Below are positions 9,396 through 19,175 of a DNA stretch of 32,000 nucleotides, piece after piece. The position numbers were made by a program, and so were the translations under genes. How positions within the stretch are numbered: the stretch's first letter is position 1; each line of letters opens with the position of its first letter. The stretch covers positions 91,088 to 123,087 of the forward strand of contig MTSL01000169.1 in NCBI GenBank assembly GCA_002794465.1, given 5' to 3'. The notes below the pieces were generated by a model. The model did not search any database, was not told the origin of the DNA, and saw nothing but the letters and a program-made list of their open reading frames with translations. The stretch comes from Paramicrosporidium saccamoebae KSL3. Taxonomy: Eukaryota; Fungi; Cryptomycota.

Positions 9396-10928
9396 ATGGA
9401 CGACCTATTCCGAAAACTCTCTTCGGGAGCCCGTTTTTCGCAGAAATCGTATCGCGCCGAGAAGCGCCGCGATCTAAAACTGCAGAATAGCGACAAGAAA
9501 CACACGACGCAAGAGAGGGACGACGAACTCGACTTTTTCGGATCCCAGACGGCCACGACAGAGCCGGCTGCGGCTCGGACAACGGAACCTATTGGGAAAC
9601 GGCCCATGTTCAAGACCGAAACAGATATGCATGTATTCCGGAAGGAACAAGAGATAAAAGTGTATGGTGAAGATGTACCTCGGCCAATACGCAAGTTTCG
9701 TGACCTTTGTCGACCAGACTATGGCGTCCCTGAGGAGATGGTGGAAGCACTCGTTGCGGCTGGACTGAAAAAGCCCACGCCAGTGCAGACACAGGCCACT
9801 ACTGTGCTCCTTGCTGGCCGAGATGCCTTTATCACTGCTCCCACAGGATCGGGGAAGACCCTCGTCTTTGTCTTGGCGATACTCTCGCGACTGCTTAAGA
9901 CTGAAGAACGGAGTGGAAAGATTGAGGCAGTGATAATATCGCCTACAAGAGAGCTGGCTGCGCAGATACGAAACGAGTTTCGTCGTTTCACACCCACACT
10001 GGCTGGTAAGCCCGTCATAGGCAGTGTTCTGCTCAATAAGGCCGTCCTGAATTCGTGGCAAAGCAAGCCCCCAAAGACCTTTCCCTCGATCCTAATTACT
10101 ACGCCGAAGCGACTGGTGCATGGAATTGAGAAAAAGATTATTGACTTGTCGCTGACAAGTCAACTAATGTTAGATGAGGCAGACAAGCTGCTGGATTTGG
10201 GACTAATGGAGCAGATTGACGATATCTTGGCAGCCTGCACCTACAAGGATGGACCGATACAAAAGGCGCTGTTTAGTGCAACAATCCCCACCGGAGTGGA
10301 GGAGCTGGCCCGATCGTTTATGAATGCGGATCCGGTAAGAGTGACCGTGGGCACTTTGAATGGAGCAACCAAGACGATCAAACAGAAACTCGTCTATGTG
10401 GGTCAGGAAGAGGGAAAGCTGATGGCTATCCGGCAGATGCTTGCCAAAGGTGTGGAGCCCCCCGTTATTATCTTTACCGAGACGATTGATCGTGCGCAAG
10501 AGCTGTTCCGCGAGTTAGTGCAGCACGGAATTAACGCAGACATTATCCATTCGTCGCGTAGTCAGACGGACCGTGAACGCGTAATCACACAATTCCGGAA
10601 CGGTCGCATTTGGTTCCTAATCACCACAGAACTGCTTGCACGGGGTCTCGACTTTCCGGCCGTGTCCTGCGTCATCAACTACGACTTTCCTCTCAGCACA
10701 GCCAGTTACATCCATCGCATTGGTCGCACTGGTCGGGCCGGCAAGCGTGGCAAGGCAATTACATTCTTTACGCGTGAAGACGCGGATGCTCTGCGCATTG
10801 TGGCCAATGTGATGCGTCAGTCGGGCTGCGAGGTGCCGGAATGGATGCTGCAGCTGGACCGCAAAAAGACCAAAGACATTTTATATAATAGAAAGCGCAA
10901 GAACCGAGAGGAGGAAGTAGTAGTGTAA
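9396..10928 (+). CDS. ROK1: DEAD-box RNA helicase ROK1/DDX52 (40S biogenesis), intronless
   Basis: MDDLFRKLSSGARF N-terminus; PTPVQ, APTGSGKT, SPTRELAAQI, LDEADKL, LFSAT, TELLARGLDF, YIHRIGRTGRAG; ANVMRQSGCEVPEWML. Confidence 0.95.
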   Translation: MDDLFRKLSSGARFSQKSYRAEKRRDLKLQNSDKKHTTQERDDELDFFGSQTATTEPAAARTTEPIGKRPMFKTETDMHVFRKEQEIKVYGEDVPRPIRKFRDLCRPDYGVPEEMVEALVAAGLKKPTPVQTQATTVLLAGRDAFITAPTGSGKTLVFVLAILSRLLKTEERSGKIEAVIISPTRELAAQIRNEFRRFTPTLAGKPVIGSVLLNKAVLNSWQSKPPKTFPSILITTPKRLVHGIEKKIIDLSLTSQLMLDEADKLLDLGLMEQIDDILAACTYKDGPIQKALFSATIPTGVEELARSFMNADPVRVTVGTLNGATKTIKQKLVYVGQEEGKLMAIRQMLAKGVEPPVIIFTETIDRAQELFRELVQHGINADIIHSSRSQTDRERVITQFRNGRIWFLITTELLARGLDFPAVSCVINYDFPLSTASYIHRIGRTGRAGKRGKAITFFTREDADALRIVANVMRQSGCEVPEWMLQLDRKKTKDILYNRKRKNREEEVVV

Positions 10929-10956
10929 GCGATATAATAGAATTGTGGTTATGATC

Positions 10957-11212
10957 GTCGCGTAGTGGGGGTAAATAGTATGGACGGGAAGGGGGATTGT
11001 TCACTGCTAATCCTAGAATAGTATGGATGCACATGTCGCGTAGTGGGGATAAATAGTATGCATACATGTCTTACTGTCCCCAAATACCCAGCAAAGCGAT
11101 CCACTCTAGCACACAAATACGTCTCACTGTCCTCAAATACCCAGCAACTCGGTCTTCTCCAAACTAGGGAACTATTTCCAAAGGCCATGTTAATCAATCT
11201 TCTACGTCACAT
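10957..11212 (+). repeat. Modular dispersed repeat (family B), copy 1, just 3' of ROK1
   Basis: Internal duplications 10957-10982/11035-11060 (25/26 identical) and 11073-11094/11126-11147 (21/22). Blocks 10987-11037, 11129-11149 and 11191-11212 recur as reverse complement at 31878-32000. Confidence 0.9.
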
Positions 11213-11444
11213 GATAGCGGTGAATGCATGATGGGCTTCTACATTAGATGTTATCGGGGGAACAGTCACACAAATATAGTATCGCTGATAGTACGGGGTA
11301 ATGCTATCGCTATAAAGATTGCACACATTGCATCAACACTAATACATCACGGATCACACCAATATTAGTACGTTGCGGATACAATGGTCGCGTTGGCAAC
11401 AGAATGGTCGAGATTGTTATGGCTGCCAATCGACAGTGTGCAGT

Positions 11445-12338
11445 ATGAAGACTTGGACGTTCATTCTTTTGCTTATTTTCGTCCCCTTCATTGCTGCAGT
11501 AGAGCCGGGAGTCGATGAATTCCTATGGGACGGCGAGGATGAATTAAAACTGGCCGGACAGATTCAACCGGTTGCCTTCGTAGCAGAACTGTGCACCATC
11601 GGCGCCTGCCAAACGGGCACCTTTACTCCGGCGACAAGAAACCCCGAGGTGACAACTTATACCATCTTGACCACCTCCTGGACGACCGAATTTACTACAA
11701 AAACGCAGGTCACACAATTTACATTGACCACTACCAGCACGCGCACCCTCACCACGACCATTACGAATAATGCGCTCTCCGTAACCATACGCACCTCCTT
11801 CACCACCATTCCTCTGACCGTCACCGCCCACACCTCACTGACCCGCTACGTCTTTTCCGATGACACTGTCCTTACCACCGTCACATCCACCACCATGATC
11901 TTTACCAGTCTCTCCTTTTCCCTGAGAACTGCCCGCACAACCACTACCACCTCCACTACTCTTGTCCGACGTTCCACCATTGTTCAGTCCTTCCAGGTCT
12001 CTGTCACCAGCACCAACACCATCTTCTTCACCACCACCACCATTGGATCCTTTGTCACCTTTACCGCTCTCGAAGTCACCACTGTCACCACCACTCTTCT
12101 CACCCAAAACTTTTTCGTCTTTGAGACGAGCACCGAGCCTGGCGGTTTTGTCACCGCCACCATAAGCTTGCAGCCATCCACATTCACTGAATCAGTGTTC
12201 ACGGAGGCCACTGTGACTGTGCCCTTCTTCCAACTCGATTTTGTCTTTGACACAACGACGTTTACTGAGACGGTTCCCTTAGCCACAGCGACCTCGACAA
12301 ATCTCTTTTCCTCCATCGGCTACTCGTACTATATATAA
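11445..12338 (+). CDS. Secreted Thr-rich beta-strand-rich protein 1 (297 aa)
   Basis: Signal peptide MKTWTFILLLIFVPFIAA; short Cys motif ELCTIGACQ; then ~230 aa of Thr interleaved with V/I/F/L. No TM or obvious GPI tail. Confidence 0.85.
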   Translation: MKTWTFILLLIFVPFIAAVEPGVDEFLWDGEDELKLAGQIQPVAFVAELCTIGACQTGTFTPATRNPEVTTYTILTTSWTTEFTTKTQVTQFTLTTTSTRTLTTTITNNALSVTIRTSFTTIPLTVTAHTSLTRYVFSDDTVLTTVTSTTMIFTSLSFSLRTARTTTTTSTTLVRRSTIVQSFQVSVTSTNTIFFTTTTIGSFVTFTALEVTTVTTTLLTQNFFVFETSTEPGGFVTATISLQPSTFTESVFTEATVTVPFFQLDFVFDTTTFTETVPLATATSTNLFSSIGYSYYI

Positions 12339-12387
12339 CTGACCAGTGCCAGCGCATTGTAGACTCACAGATCGATGATAAAGATAA

Positions 12388-12461
12388 TGTTGATGAGCAA
12401 AAGTCGGGTTTACTAAAGTACGTGGCTTCTTTACAAGCAGCCATCCTTAATATGACAGGAA
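12388..12461 (-). mobile_element. Partial (3' half) copy of solo-LTR-like element A
   Basis: Reverse complement shares a 22-nt exact block attaaggatggctgcttgtaaa (45/54 over the core) and terminal gctcatcaaca with 31610..31741. Confidence 0.7.
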
Positions 12462-12604
12462 TGGAATGAGGATGGAGGCATCTTTGCTGCTCGTCGATAG
12501 AGTCCTATCCCTGATCCATAATGCATAATAAAGGATACATGATAAATATAATCTCTCTCTCCCCCCCCCCACATGATGGTATTATTAAATTTATTAAAAA
12601 TTTG

Positions 12605-13303
12605 ATGCGGATTAGGGCCTTGTGGCAACTAGACTTGCTTAAACGAAACATTCGCAACCTTTTCATACAGACAGAAAGCACGCCGAATGAAAATTCCCTC
12701 AAATTCAAACCAGGCCAGCCCGTTACCGGCAGCACCAAAGTGCTGGAATTCCTGGACCCCAACAGTGCCCGTCGCTCTTCGGAGCTGGCCGATGACATTT
12801 TCCGTCTCAGCGGGGTACGAGGTGTCATGTTCGGCAGCGACTTTATCACAGTCACCAAGACTCCCGAGGTGAAATGGACACAGCTGAAACCGTCCATCTA
12901 CGCAGCAATCATGGATTTCCTCAGCACAGGCCGTCCCCTGATCAAAGAGGTACCGTCCGAGCCGGAACAAAAGGAGGGGGACTATCGACAGGAGGACCAT
13001 GAGGTTGTGATGATGATCAAAGAGATCCTGGACACGCGGATCCGACCAACGGTGCAGGATGATGGCGGAGATGTGCAATTCGTCTCATTCCACGACGGAA
13101 TTGTAGCACTACAGTTGAAGGGAGCCTGTCGGTCCTGCTCATCGTCTGTTGTTACCTTAAAGCTCGGAATTGAAAACATGCTAATGCACTACATTCCCGA
13201 AGTAAAGGAGGTGCGCCAGGTAGAGGACCCGCTGGAAAAGGCATCGGAAGAGTACTTTCAGCAGGTTGAGCGTAGCACAAAGAACCCGGATGACCGCGAA
13301 TAA
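12605..13303 (+). CDS. NFU1: Mitochondrial Fe-S cluster carrier NFU1 (NifU-like)
   Basis: Short presequence-like N-terminus; FIQTESTPNENSLKF; GSDFITVTK; IKEILDTRIRPTVQDDGGD; LKGACRSCSSSVVTLKLGIENML (CxxC). Confidence 0.96.
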   Translation: MRIRALWQLDLLKRNIRNLFIQTESTPNENSLKFKPGQPVTGSTKVLEFLDPNSARRSSELADDIFRLSGVRGVMFGSDFITVTKTPEVKWTQLKPSIYAAIMDFLSTGRPLIKEVPSEPEQKEGDYRQEDHEVVMMIKEILDTRIRPTVQDDGGDVQFVSFHDGIVALQLKGACRSCSSSVVTLKLGIENMLMHYIPEVKEVRQVEDPLEKASEEYFQQVERSTKNPDDRE

Positions 13304-13359
13304 AGCCAAATTGTTGGCATGACAACCCGTCGCTTATTTATAGCATCGAAGGGGGAATA

Positions 13360-14154
13360 ATGCGCATGAAAGGGGCGCTATCTGTGGTATTGTTCCTTTT
13401 TGCATTCCTTCTGTTGCACGCCAATGCACAGGGCGCCTGCGGCTGCAATGGATGCTGTCCGAGCACTGCGCGGACGGTATTTGTGACGTCAACCGTGACG
13501 GAGACGGACACTATTTCTTACACGACGACATCATCGCGCACCGTCTTCCGCATCATCCAGAGTACTACGACAACGGCTACTACCATCACGCGCACTTCCA
13601 ATATTGTCCTTACCAAGACGGAGACGAATGTCACCACCAAGACTACCTCCTCGACGACTTTTCTAACCACAACGCTGAATCGGACATTTACAGTGCGTAC
13701 TACGACGCTCATCCCGGACACTACGTCAGGCATTGCATTCTTAACAGACTTTACCACCACCACTGTCACCCGTCGTACCACCACCACCACCACTACCATT
13801 CGCAGCTCAACCAGCACCATTCTCTTTAGCGAAACGGTCTTTGACGTCCTCACTTTGACGGGCACAGTCGTCACTGCAGTGAGCAGCACTCTCACTGTCA
13901 CCGAATACTCACAGATTCTCTTTACTAGCACCACCCAAGTTACCGTCTCTGAAGATCCCACCACCTACTTTAGTACTGTCCCGTCCTTTGACACTATTGT
14001 CGTTACTGGCGACACCTTTTACTTTATCGAGTTGACCACATTGGAGACGCTGACATTCCTCAGCACGGCCTCCTTCATCACTGGTGCCGACACTACGACC
14101 ATCCAGGTGGACGACACGGTGGCCTTTACCCAGACCTTTTCCAGGATCCTTTAA
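13360..14154 (+). CDS. Secreted Thr-rich beta-strand-rich protein 2 (264 aa)
   Basis: Signal peptide MRMKGALSVVLFLFAFLLLHANA; Cys cluster CGCNGCCP; then Thr/hydrophobic alternation to the C-terminus. No anchor. Confidence 0.85.
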   Translation: MRMKGALSVVLFLFAFLLLHANAQGACGCNGCCPSTARTVFVTSTVTETDTISYTTTSSRTVFRIIQSTTTTATTITRTSNIVLTKTETNVTTKTTSSTTFLTTTLNRTFTVRTTTLIPDTTSGIAFLTDFTTTTVTRRTTTTTTTIRSSTSTILFSETVFDVLTLTGTVVTAVSSTLTVTEYSQILFTSTTQVTVSEDPTTYFSTVPSFDTIVVTGDTFYFIELTTLETLTFLSTASFITGADTTTIQVDDTVAFTQTFSRIL

Positions 14155-14165
14155 TATGGATTCTA

Positions 14166-14227
14166 TAGACAGGTCTGTCCTGGACCTTTTCTAACCTGAA
14201 TCCGTAGATAGGTCGGTCTTGGATCTT
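14166..14227. repeat. Degenerate direct repeat (23 nt x2, period 39) in convergent gap
   Basis: tagacaggtctgtcctggacctt / tagataggtcggtcttggatctt (19/23); also tccctaga x2 at 14251 and 14259. Confidence 0.7.
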
Positions 14228-14376
14228 GTAAATGCGCATCCAGTCCTAAATCCCTAGATCCCTAGATATAAACATTATTAACTGCGCATTAGCCACCCCA
14301 TACACATTATTATTATAGGAAATGTTTGGTTTACTGACATATTGCGGACTAATAAGAAGGGCCCAATTAAAGGGCG

Positions 14377-15209
14377 TTAGGCGAGCATTTGTTGAAAGGA
14401 ATCATTAGACTCCTCATGGAGGGTCCTGATGGGCATTTTCTTGGTCAGCAGCGGAATTGGCTCTTGTTGGTGGAGCTGTTGCTGTAGAACCGCCAGCACC
14501 GCTGACTGGTTGGTCTGTGTCTCCACTACTGTGGCCAAGGCCTCACGCGTCTCACGAAGCTGTTTTTGCATCTCACCCACCACGCGACTGAGATATGCGA
14601 CGTGTTCCACCTGTTGTGCCATGCGTTTGGCTGCCGAGCCTGTCGTGCTGCCCGGGGGACGACCGCGCTTTCCTGTGCGCACCGGCGTAATTAGCATCGA
14701 GCCTGACGACAGACGGCTCAGATAGTCCTCATCAAAGCCGGTCATAGGCACCTGACTCGCAGCGTGTACCAGTTCGGCTTCATTTTCCGTCAGTAAGAGC
14801 ATCCCATCCGTGTCTGCAGACCGGACCAGACCACCGCCCATTCCAATGTTCACCGCTGCACCGGCTTCTTCCAGGATGCTGTGATGAATGGCCATTGCCC
14901 GATCCATAAATTCACGCCATTCTTCTGCTAATTCAGTTAGATCGGCTAGAAGCGTCCTACCTGATGGCTTCTTTGCATATGCCAGCACCATGAACCGACG
15001 TTTCAATGCGTCTGCGTCTCGAGGACACCAGTCCTTTCCTGCTATTTGATCATTATACGCCACGGCAACTTCTTCCCATCGTTGGCGCTGCAGAGGTCGA
15101 ATTTTCTCCACAATGTCCAAAAGTACTACACCCATAAGCCACCATTTTGCAAGAGCTTACTTTGTGTTTCAGTAGATGTGAAACTCTTTGAACCTGCAGT
15201 GCGAACCAT
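14377..15209 (-). CDS. Myb/SANT-like (DUF6818-type) DNA-binding protein with AT-hook and coiled coil, 265 aa
   Basis: 35-nt intron 15126..15160 (GTAAGC..TGTAG) gives MVRTAGSKSFTSTETQILLDIVEKIRP...WEEVAVAYN...RDADALKRRF..LAYAKKPSG. AT-hook KRGRPPG. Confidence 0.7.
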
Positions 15210-15393
15210 ATTTCTCTTATTTTCCCGCGAAATGCGTTAAACGGCCGGATGGTTTTGTAGTTTCTTTTCGCTACGAGCGGATGGGCTGGACAGGAAAAGC
15301 TCGCCGTTAAATTAAACGGTTTCTCGGAATCCCTGGTCGAATTACGCCAATAAGGGAGGGGCTGGTCGAGCCCGACAAAGGAGGATTAATTGA

Positions 15394-16051
15394 ATGATTC
15401 CCAAGGCTGCCTTTGTGACGGGGAATGAAAAAAAATGGGCCGAAGTGCAGGCAATTCTCGGCACCGATGTTATCCAGCTCACCCGGGCCAACGTAGATTG
15501 TACGCGTCCATCCGATCGATCGTCTTGATGCATAGTGCCGGAAATACAAGGATCGGTCCAAGAGGTGGCCAAGTGGAAGTGTCAAGAGGCTGCCCGTCTC
15601 TCCAACGGTCCAGTAATCACCGAAGATACAGCGCTTTGTTTCGATGCCTTGAACAGTCTTCCTGGTCCATACATAAAGTGGTTCCTAGAGGGCGTCGGCT
15701 TAGATGGCTTGAACAATATGCTCACCGGCTTTGACAACAAGACTGCCAAGGCAATCTGCACCATGGCCTACTGTGCTGGTCCTGGTGCCGAGCCTATTCT
15801 CTTCCAAGGCATCACCACCGTATCTCCCCATCCAGTGCGCAATTTGTAGGGATGCATTGTACGGCCACGCGGACCAAAGAGCTTTGGATGGGACCCGATA
15901 TTCCAACCCGACCATCCATCCAACCTCACGTACGTCAGCCTTTTTTCATGCTAATTTCAGTTATGCGGAAATGACATCGGAGGTTAAAAATTCCTTATCG
16001 CATCGTTCCAAAGCTTTAACTCTTTTGCGCGATCATTTTTCGTCTCTTTAA
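15394..16051 (+). CDS. HAM1: Inosine triphosphate pyrophosphatase HAM1/ITPA, 186 aa, 3 introns
   Basis: Introns 15500-15535, 15820-15849, 15930-15960. Motifs [58 protein letters not shown]. Confidence 0.96.
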
Positions 16052-16132
16052 AAATAAAGACCATGTATTTGTACTCTGTAGAGGAGAGTTGTGTTCTATG
16101 GGCTATTATGGGGATGATTAAGGGGGCGTGCT

Positions 16133-16200
16133 CTGTGAGTTAGTAAGCAGAGTATGTCCTGTGAGCTATTAAGCATGATATATTCTGCGAGCTATCAAGA
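16133..16200. repeat. Degenerate 26-nt tandem repeat x2.6 in convergent gap
   Basis: ctgtgagttagtaagcagagtatgtc / ctgtgagctattaagcatgatatatt / ctgcgagctatcaaga. Confidence 0.75.
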
Positions 16201-16307
16201 AAAATCTATTTTGTGGTGTAGTTGACGTCACGATGCGTGAATACGCTTGATCGTGAATTTAACAGTAGATCCCCATGGCGACTTGATTATTCTTGACTTG
16301 GCGCTCA

Positions 16308-16808
16308 TCACGATTGCTCCAATCCCTGTAGTTCATCCATCTGTCCTAACGCAGCGTGGACCTCGGCACTTTCCTGCTCTGCAACATAGGCTAGTTCATC
16401 AAAGCCTTCCTGTGCCCTTCGTAACGCCAGATAATATGCCTACAATCAGTCATCCCACCCGCCTACCTTCATCGACTGTATCCTACACTGTTTTTCCGTC
16501 TTGTCCACAAAGTCGCGGAACACAAACTTGGGATACATGCGGTGTGCCCAGTCTCTATACACGGCCATCAGCCTATCCAAGTCCCGTGCAGGATCATTTG
16601 TCCATTCAAGATTTTGGGTTTGAGAGCGAAGGGCGCGGAATCCGCGCGGGCCGAGAAGAGTATTGGGACCATATTTGGGGGCGAGCGGACGAACATTGGG
16701 AGTCTTTACAATGCGTTCAGTGGCTGCTTGGATGACAGTCTCTGTACGGGTGGGTCGCGGGGCGGGCTCATCATTGACATCATAGTCGTCCCATTCATCA
16801 TCCGTCAT
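16308..16808 (-). CDS. CSM3: Replication fork protection subunit Csm3/Swi3/TIPIN, 157 aa
   Basis: Swi3 domain LLGPRGFRAL...DLDRLMAVYRDWAHRMYPKFVFRDFVDKTEK; 27-nt intron 16440..16466 (GTAGGC..CTGAT..TAG). Confidence 0.88.
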
Positions 16809-16977
16809 GTTGTATCGCAGAAATGAAATATCTTTTATTCACATTGAACCAGCTCAGCTTTAAATAATAGTCTAGCATATAAGGTTAGAGTGTGCAGGCA
16901 GAATGGCTCGAAGCAGCCGTTCTGTGATAAGTCAAAGAAGCGATAAGATGGAGGCGGGTGCGCTCATTGGTGGAAAA

Positions 16978-17783
16978 ATGTCAGTTCCTCTTCTTCGATG
17001 GGGGATAGAGAATAGCGACGCAGACGCGCTCCAGAAGGAAGTAGAGACAGGCACAGTAAAGAAATTTGTACAAAATGAGCAGCATGTATTTATTGGCAGG
17101 ACCCCGAGTTGATAGAGATGATCCTTGGCAAGGACGATCCAGTCCGTATGAAAGGTAGTCTCACGATGTGACCTGTCATGTTAGAGAGCGTGGGAGTGTT
17201 GGAGAACGAGGAAGGGACAGTCGAGGACAAGGTGACTGCATTTGAAATGCTCATAGAGTTGGCGGCTCAAATAGATAATGCTAACAGTACGCCATGATAG
17301 AGTACTAACCCCATAGATGTCGCCAAGATGGGACTCTGGCCGCGCATTTTGCCGTTTTTAGACTCTAAAGAATATGAGCTACAGGTGCATGCCGCCTGGT
17401 TAATGGCAGTCTGTGCACAAAACAACCAGGAGGGCGCAGAACACTTGTTGTCTTTGGGAACGGTGCCAAAGATGCTGGCCATGATTTCTGCTGATAATAA
17501 GGGTCCACTGACAAAAAAGTGTGTGTCAGTGCTATCAGCGCTGTTCCAGTGCTCTGAGAATGGCTACGAGCAATTTGAGAAGCAAGACGGACTCGCAGTA
17601 TTCCAACAGGCCATTGCTCGATTCAGTGCCGACGAGAACTTACGGACAAGGATCGTCTTTTCACTCTATTTTTATGTTCATATGCATGGAAAGTGCCCCG
17701 ACGCTCTCCGCAACAATGAATTTTTCTATCCGCTTGTAGAGGAGGAATTGTCAAAACTACCCCCGTGTGATATAGAGGATTGA
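16978..17783 (+). CDS. FES1: Hsp70 nucleotide exchange factor Fes1/HspBP1, 237 aa, 3 introns
   Basis: Introns 17068-17099, 17155-17184, 17287-17316 (last has TACTAAC). Spliced: LLRWGIENS...DPELIEMILGKDDPVRMKES...KVTAFEMLIELAAQIDNANNVAKMGLWPRIL...AAWLMAVCAQNN. Confidence 0.93.
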
Positions 17784-17894
17784 TCAGCTGGGTATTTTAG
17801 AATTATTACGTTAGCTGTGAGGCTATAAATAGACTGTTGGATTAGCATTGAATAAATTCCCCTTTCGCCCAATCTTTCCCGTGACATTTCCCCC

Positions 17895-18023
17895 TGTTGA
17901 TGGGTGAACGCACTTTTATTAGAGTATGTGGCATATAGATAGCCATTCTTAATACAACCAAACTGGCCTGTGGGACCGCTATCTGGGTCGGACTCGCCAA
18001 TAATAAGTGGATGCTGTTTAACA
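17895..18023 (-). mobile_element. Solo-LTR-like element A, full copy (129 bp)
   Basis: Reverse complement begins TGTTAAACAG and ends CATCAACA, with AATAAA ~20 nt from the 3' end. About 71% identical (95/~133 by hand) to 31610..31741. Flanks CCCCC/CTCCC resemble a decayed 5-bp TSD. Confidence 0.65.
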
Positions 18024-18077
18024 CTCCCATTACACGACACCATGATCCCATCGAATGATTAAGATAAATTATTTTTG

Positions 18078-19049
18078 ATGGACGCACTCCCCGTGCAGGG
18101 TGGAGTGCGTCGTCGTAAGAAGACAAATCATGCGTGTGTCTTTTGCCAACGGTCGCATATGACCTGTGATACTGAGCGACCCTGCCAGCGCTGTATTAAG
18201 CGGAGAATCGGGCATCTCTGCCACGACGCACCGCCGCCAACTGTGGAATTTGCGGAACCGACCCCAAAGGCGCTTACCTACAGTCCCACCGAGGGTCCCT
18301 ACCAGGCATATTACTCAAACGACGAGTTTCAGCAGGCGTTTAAGATTGTCGACGATAATTGGGAGCCAGAGGCGCCCAAAATATTCGACTGCCAGGAGAT
18401 TGATAACCGGATGAAAAAGTTTTGCGATGAAAAGTACTATTAGATGGATTGTTGATAGCCGTCTAGTTTTTCTCTGGAGGGTAGAGAGAGGATCAAGGCG
18501 GTCAGCAATGCGTTGGATCAGATTTCTCAGTTCATCACGACCAATCTCAGCAAAGAAGACCTTGTCCGCAGTGAAGCCTGTGTCACCCACCTCATCGTTG
18601 TAGCTTTGTGATGTAACAATAATTTTTAGGAATACAGCAAGATTATTGCTTGCATAACTACGCCCTTTTTGGTGGCCCGCGGAGGAGGGGAGGTGTTGCG
18701 TGTTAGCCAGACCTTTGCCGAGTTGATGCAAATCCGAAAGGAGGAGCTGGAATCCGGCTGGCAGATTTGTGAGTTGCTCACGGAAGAGGCGTTTGTGAAT
18801 TATGGCGAAAAGATGGTTTCGTTGTATTTTGACCAGAGACAGCGTTCCTTTGTCACCAATTGTGTTCTTGTGCCCGGGGGATCACCAAAGTTTTTGCAGA
18901 GGAAAAAGTGCAATAGGAGTGCACGATCATCTGGAGAAAATTCAGAGTACAGAAATGTTAGACTAGTCCCCTGTGGACTGGTTAGTACAATCAGGAGAGA
19001 TGTTTATAATCTCCCAGTGTTACTTGCAATGACATTTGTACCAATGTAA
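18078..19049 (+). CDS. Zn(II)2Cys6 transcription factor with C-terminal PAS-like domain, Rds2/AcuM family, 302 aa
   Basis: CVFCQRSHMTCDTERPCQRCIKRRIGHLCHD; introns 18434-18466 and 18600-18629; C-terminal PCGLVSTIRRDVYNLPVLLAMTFVP (cf. CCFSFTIRRD..IP.LIVGNFLP). Confidence 0.9.
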
Positions 19050-19175
19050 CCTTATTCTACCCGGAAATTTTGTGGATAGTAAGCCCTCTCCGGATTCGTC
19101 AAATTAGCAAAACATTCAAAATAAAGTTGCTAGACAACCACTACAGCCAACGGGATGGCCGTATTTGGTGTAACG

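Noticed and set aside
10957-11149. Repeat-spacer-repeat pattern reminiscent of a CRISPR array
   Set aside because: There are two different repeats with only two copies each, irregular spacing, no cas genes and a eukaryotic context.
12551-12570. (TC)n followed by a C run upstream of NFU1, and the extended ORF start at 12521
   Set aside because: Simple low-complexity tract. The likely start is ATG 12605, which gives a normal presequence directly before the conserved domain.
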